In this document: positions 25,694 to 26,360 of the stretch, in pieces | How positions within the stretch are numbered: position 1 is the first letter of the stretch | How the letters are laid out: the number at the start of each line of letters is the position of its first letter | From: a virus | Taxonomy: Duplodnaviria; Caudoviricetes | Virus record (IMG/VR): IMGVR_UViG_3300017778_001757 | Location: 1 to 26,360 of that record | DNA length: 26,360 nt | Direction: 5' to 3' (one strand) | Made by a program: the position numbers and the translations under genes | Notes under the pieces: model-generated | Told to the model about the DNA's origin: nothing | What the model saw: only the letters and a program-made list of their open reading frames with translations | Database searches by the model: none

Positions 25694-26359
25694 TTAAATA
25701 CATCCGTTAGGGTCTGATGAAGTAATCTGTCCTAATCCACCTGTTACTTGGTACCAAGCGGTTCCGTTAGAATAGAATCCATTAGGTACTACGTCAACAA
25801 GAGGTCTCGCGGTAGATTCGTATAAGTACTCACCTACATTTGGTCCTACTCCACCTGATATTGAACCATAGATTGTTTGAGGAGAAGCACTAAATGCTAG
25901 ACAAGCGTCGTTAGCCGTTGCACCTGTACCTAAACTATATGTATACCATGCAAATGTTGATGTTGGAGTTTGAGTTACTGTTGGTGTTGGTGTACTTGTT
26001 GATGTTTGAGTTATTGTCGGTGTTGGTGTCACTAATGCTGAACATAATGTAAATATTCCTAATTGACTACCGTTACTTGCTAATTGAGTTACTGAAGTTC
26101 CATTACTATAGAAACCTGCCATATCGTATGTTACACCACCTGTTGATGTTGTATAGAATTGAGTGTTTTGGTCAAATAATGAATTGAAAGCATATATTGT
26201 TACCGATACTCCCGCTTCACAAGCCGCATTAGAAGTTATTCCTGAATACACATTAAACGATTGAAATGGTGATGTCGGAGTTGGTGTGCTAGTTGGTGTA
26301 CTAGTTGTAGTTGGTGTTGCAGTAACTTCCGCAGTAACTGTTGGTGTATTAGTTGGAGT
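25694..26359 (-). CDS. Thr/Pro-rich mucin-like repeat protein, partial (5' end beyond the window); probably a virion surface protein
   Basis: The frame is open past the track's GTG at 26251 to the window edge (TPTNTPTVTAEVTATPTTTSTPTSTPTPTSPFQSF...). Two related Cys-bounded 70-80 aa domains alternate with PT linkers. Confidence 0.8.
   Translation of the reverse strand, partial: TPTNTPTVTAEVTATPTTTSTPTSTPTPTSPFQSFNVYSGITSNAACEAGVSVTIYAFNSLFDQNTQFYTTSTGGVTYDMAGFYSNGTSVTQLASNGSQLGIFTLCSALVTPTPTITQTSTSTPTPTVTQTPTSTFAWYTYSLGTGATANDACLAFSASPQTIYGSISGGVGPNVGEYLYESTARPLVDVVPNGFYSNGTAWYQVTGGLGQITSSDPNGCI
25960..26029 (-). repeat. Coding Thr-Pro low-complexity linker
   Basis: TPTPTITQTSTSTPTPTVTQTPT. 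Confidence 0.8.
26272..26359 (-). repeat. Coding Thr-Pro low-complexity linker
   Basis: TPTNTPTVTAEVTATPTTTSTPTSTPTPT. Confidence 0.8.
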
Positions 26360-26360
26360 C

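Noticed and set aside
25960-26359. GTTGGTGT-type repeats as a CRISPR array or non-coding repeat
   Set aside because: Degenerate codon-phase repeats encoding Thr-Pro, with no constant repeat-spacer structure
1-26360. Stop-codon reassignment as in some jumbo phages
   Set aside because: Long genes are intact under the standard code, and TAA, TAG and TGA all end genes at sensible positions
1-26360. tRNA, rRNA, integrase or transposase
   Set aside because: Intergenic gaps are short and explained by promoters and terminators; no such motifs seen

Overview
AT-rich fragment of a large, distantly T4-like myovirus (probably a jumbo phage) using the standard genetic code. The left half is a contractile-tail module on the minus strand: a baseplate/tube-initiator-like gene running off the left edge, tape measure, gp26-like chaperone, tail tube, an inserted HAD phosphatase, 1070-aa sheath, gp15-like terminator and gp14-like neck protein. 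A small RHH regulator lies on the plus strand, divergent from the sheath gene. The middle holds a plus-strand SET-domain + SNF2 pair, a Mn/Fe superoxide dismutase fused to a PD-(D/E)xK-like domain, a gp13-like neck protein, and a minus-strand family B DNA polymerase. The right end has a BppU-like protein, four translationally coupled glycosyltransferase genes (GT60/Gnt1-like, GT25, two HtrL-like) and a Thr/Pro-rich mucin-like repeat protein running off the edge. Best leads: (1) a candidate phage-encoded mucin-type protein O-glycosylation system; (2) a start-less gp51-like ORF apparently reached by +1/-2 frameshifting at UUU_UUU_CGU; (3) an SOD-nuclease-like polyprotein with putative prohead-protease (L/I-x-E) sites; (4) a TATTTAT motif upstream of ten genes. 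All family assignments come from reading motifs by eye, not from database searches.
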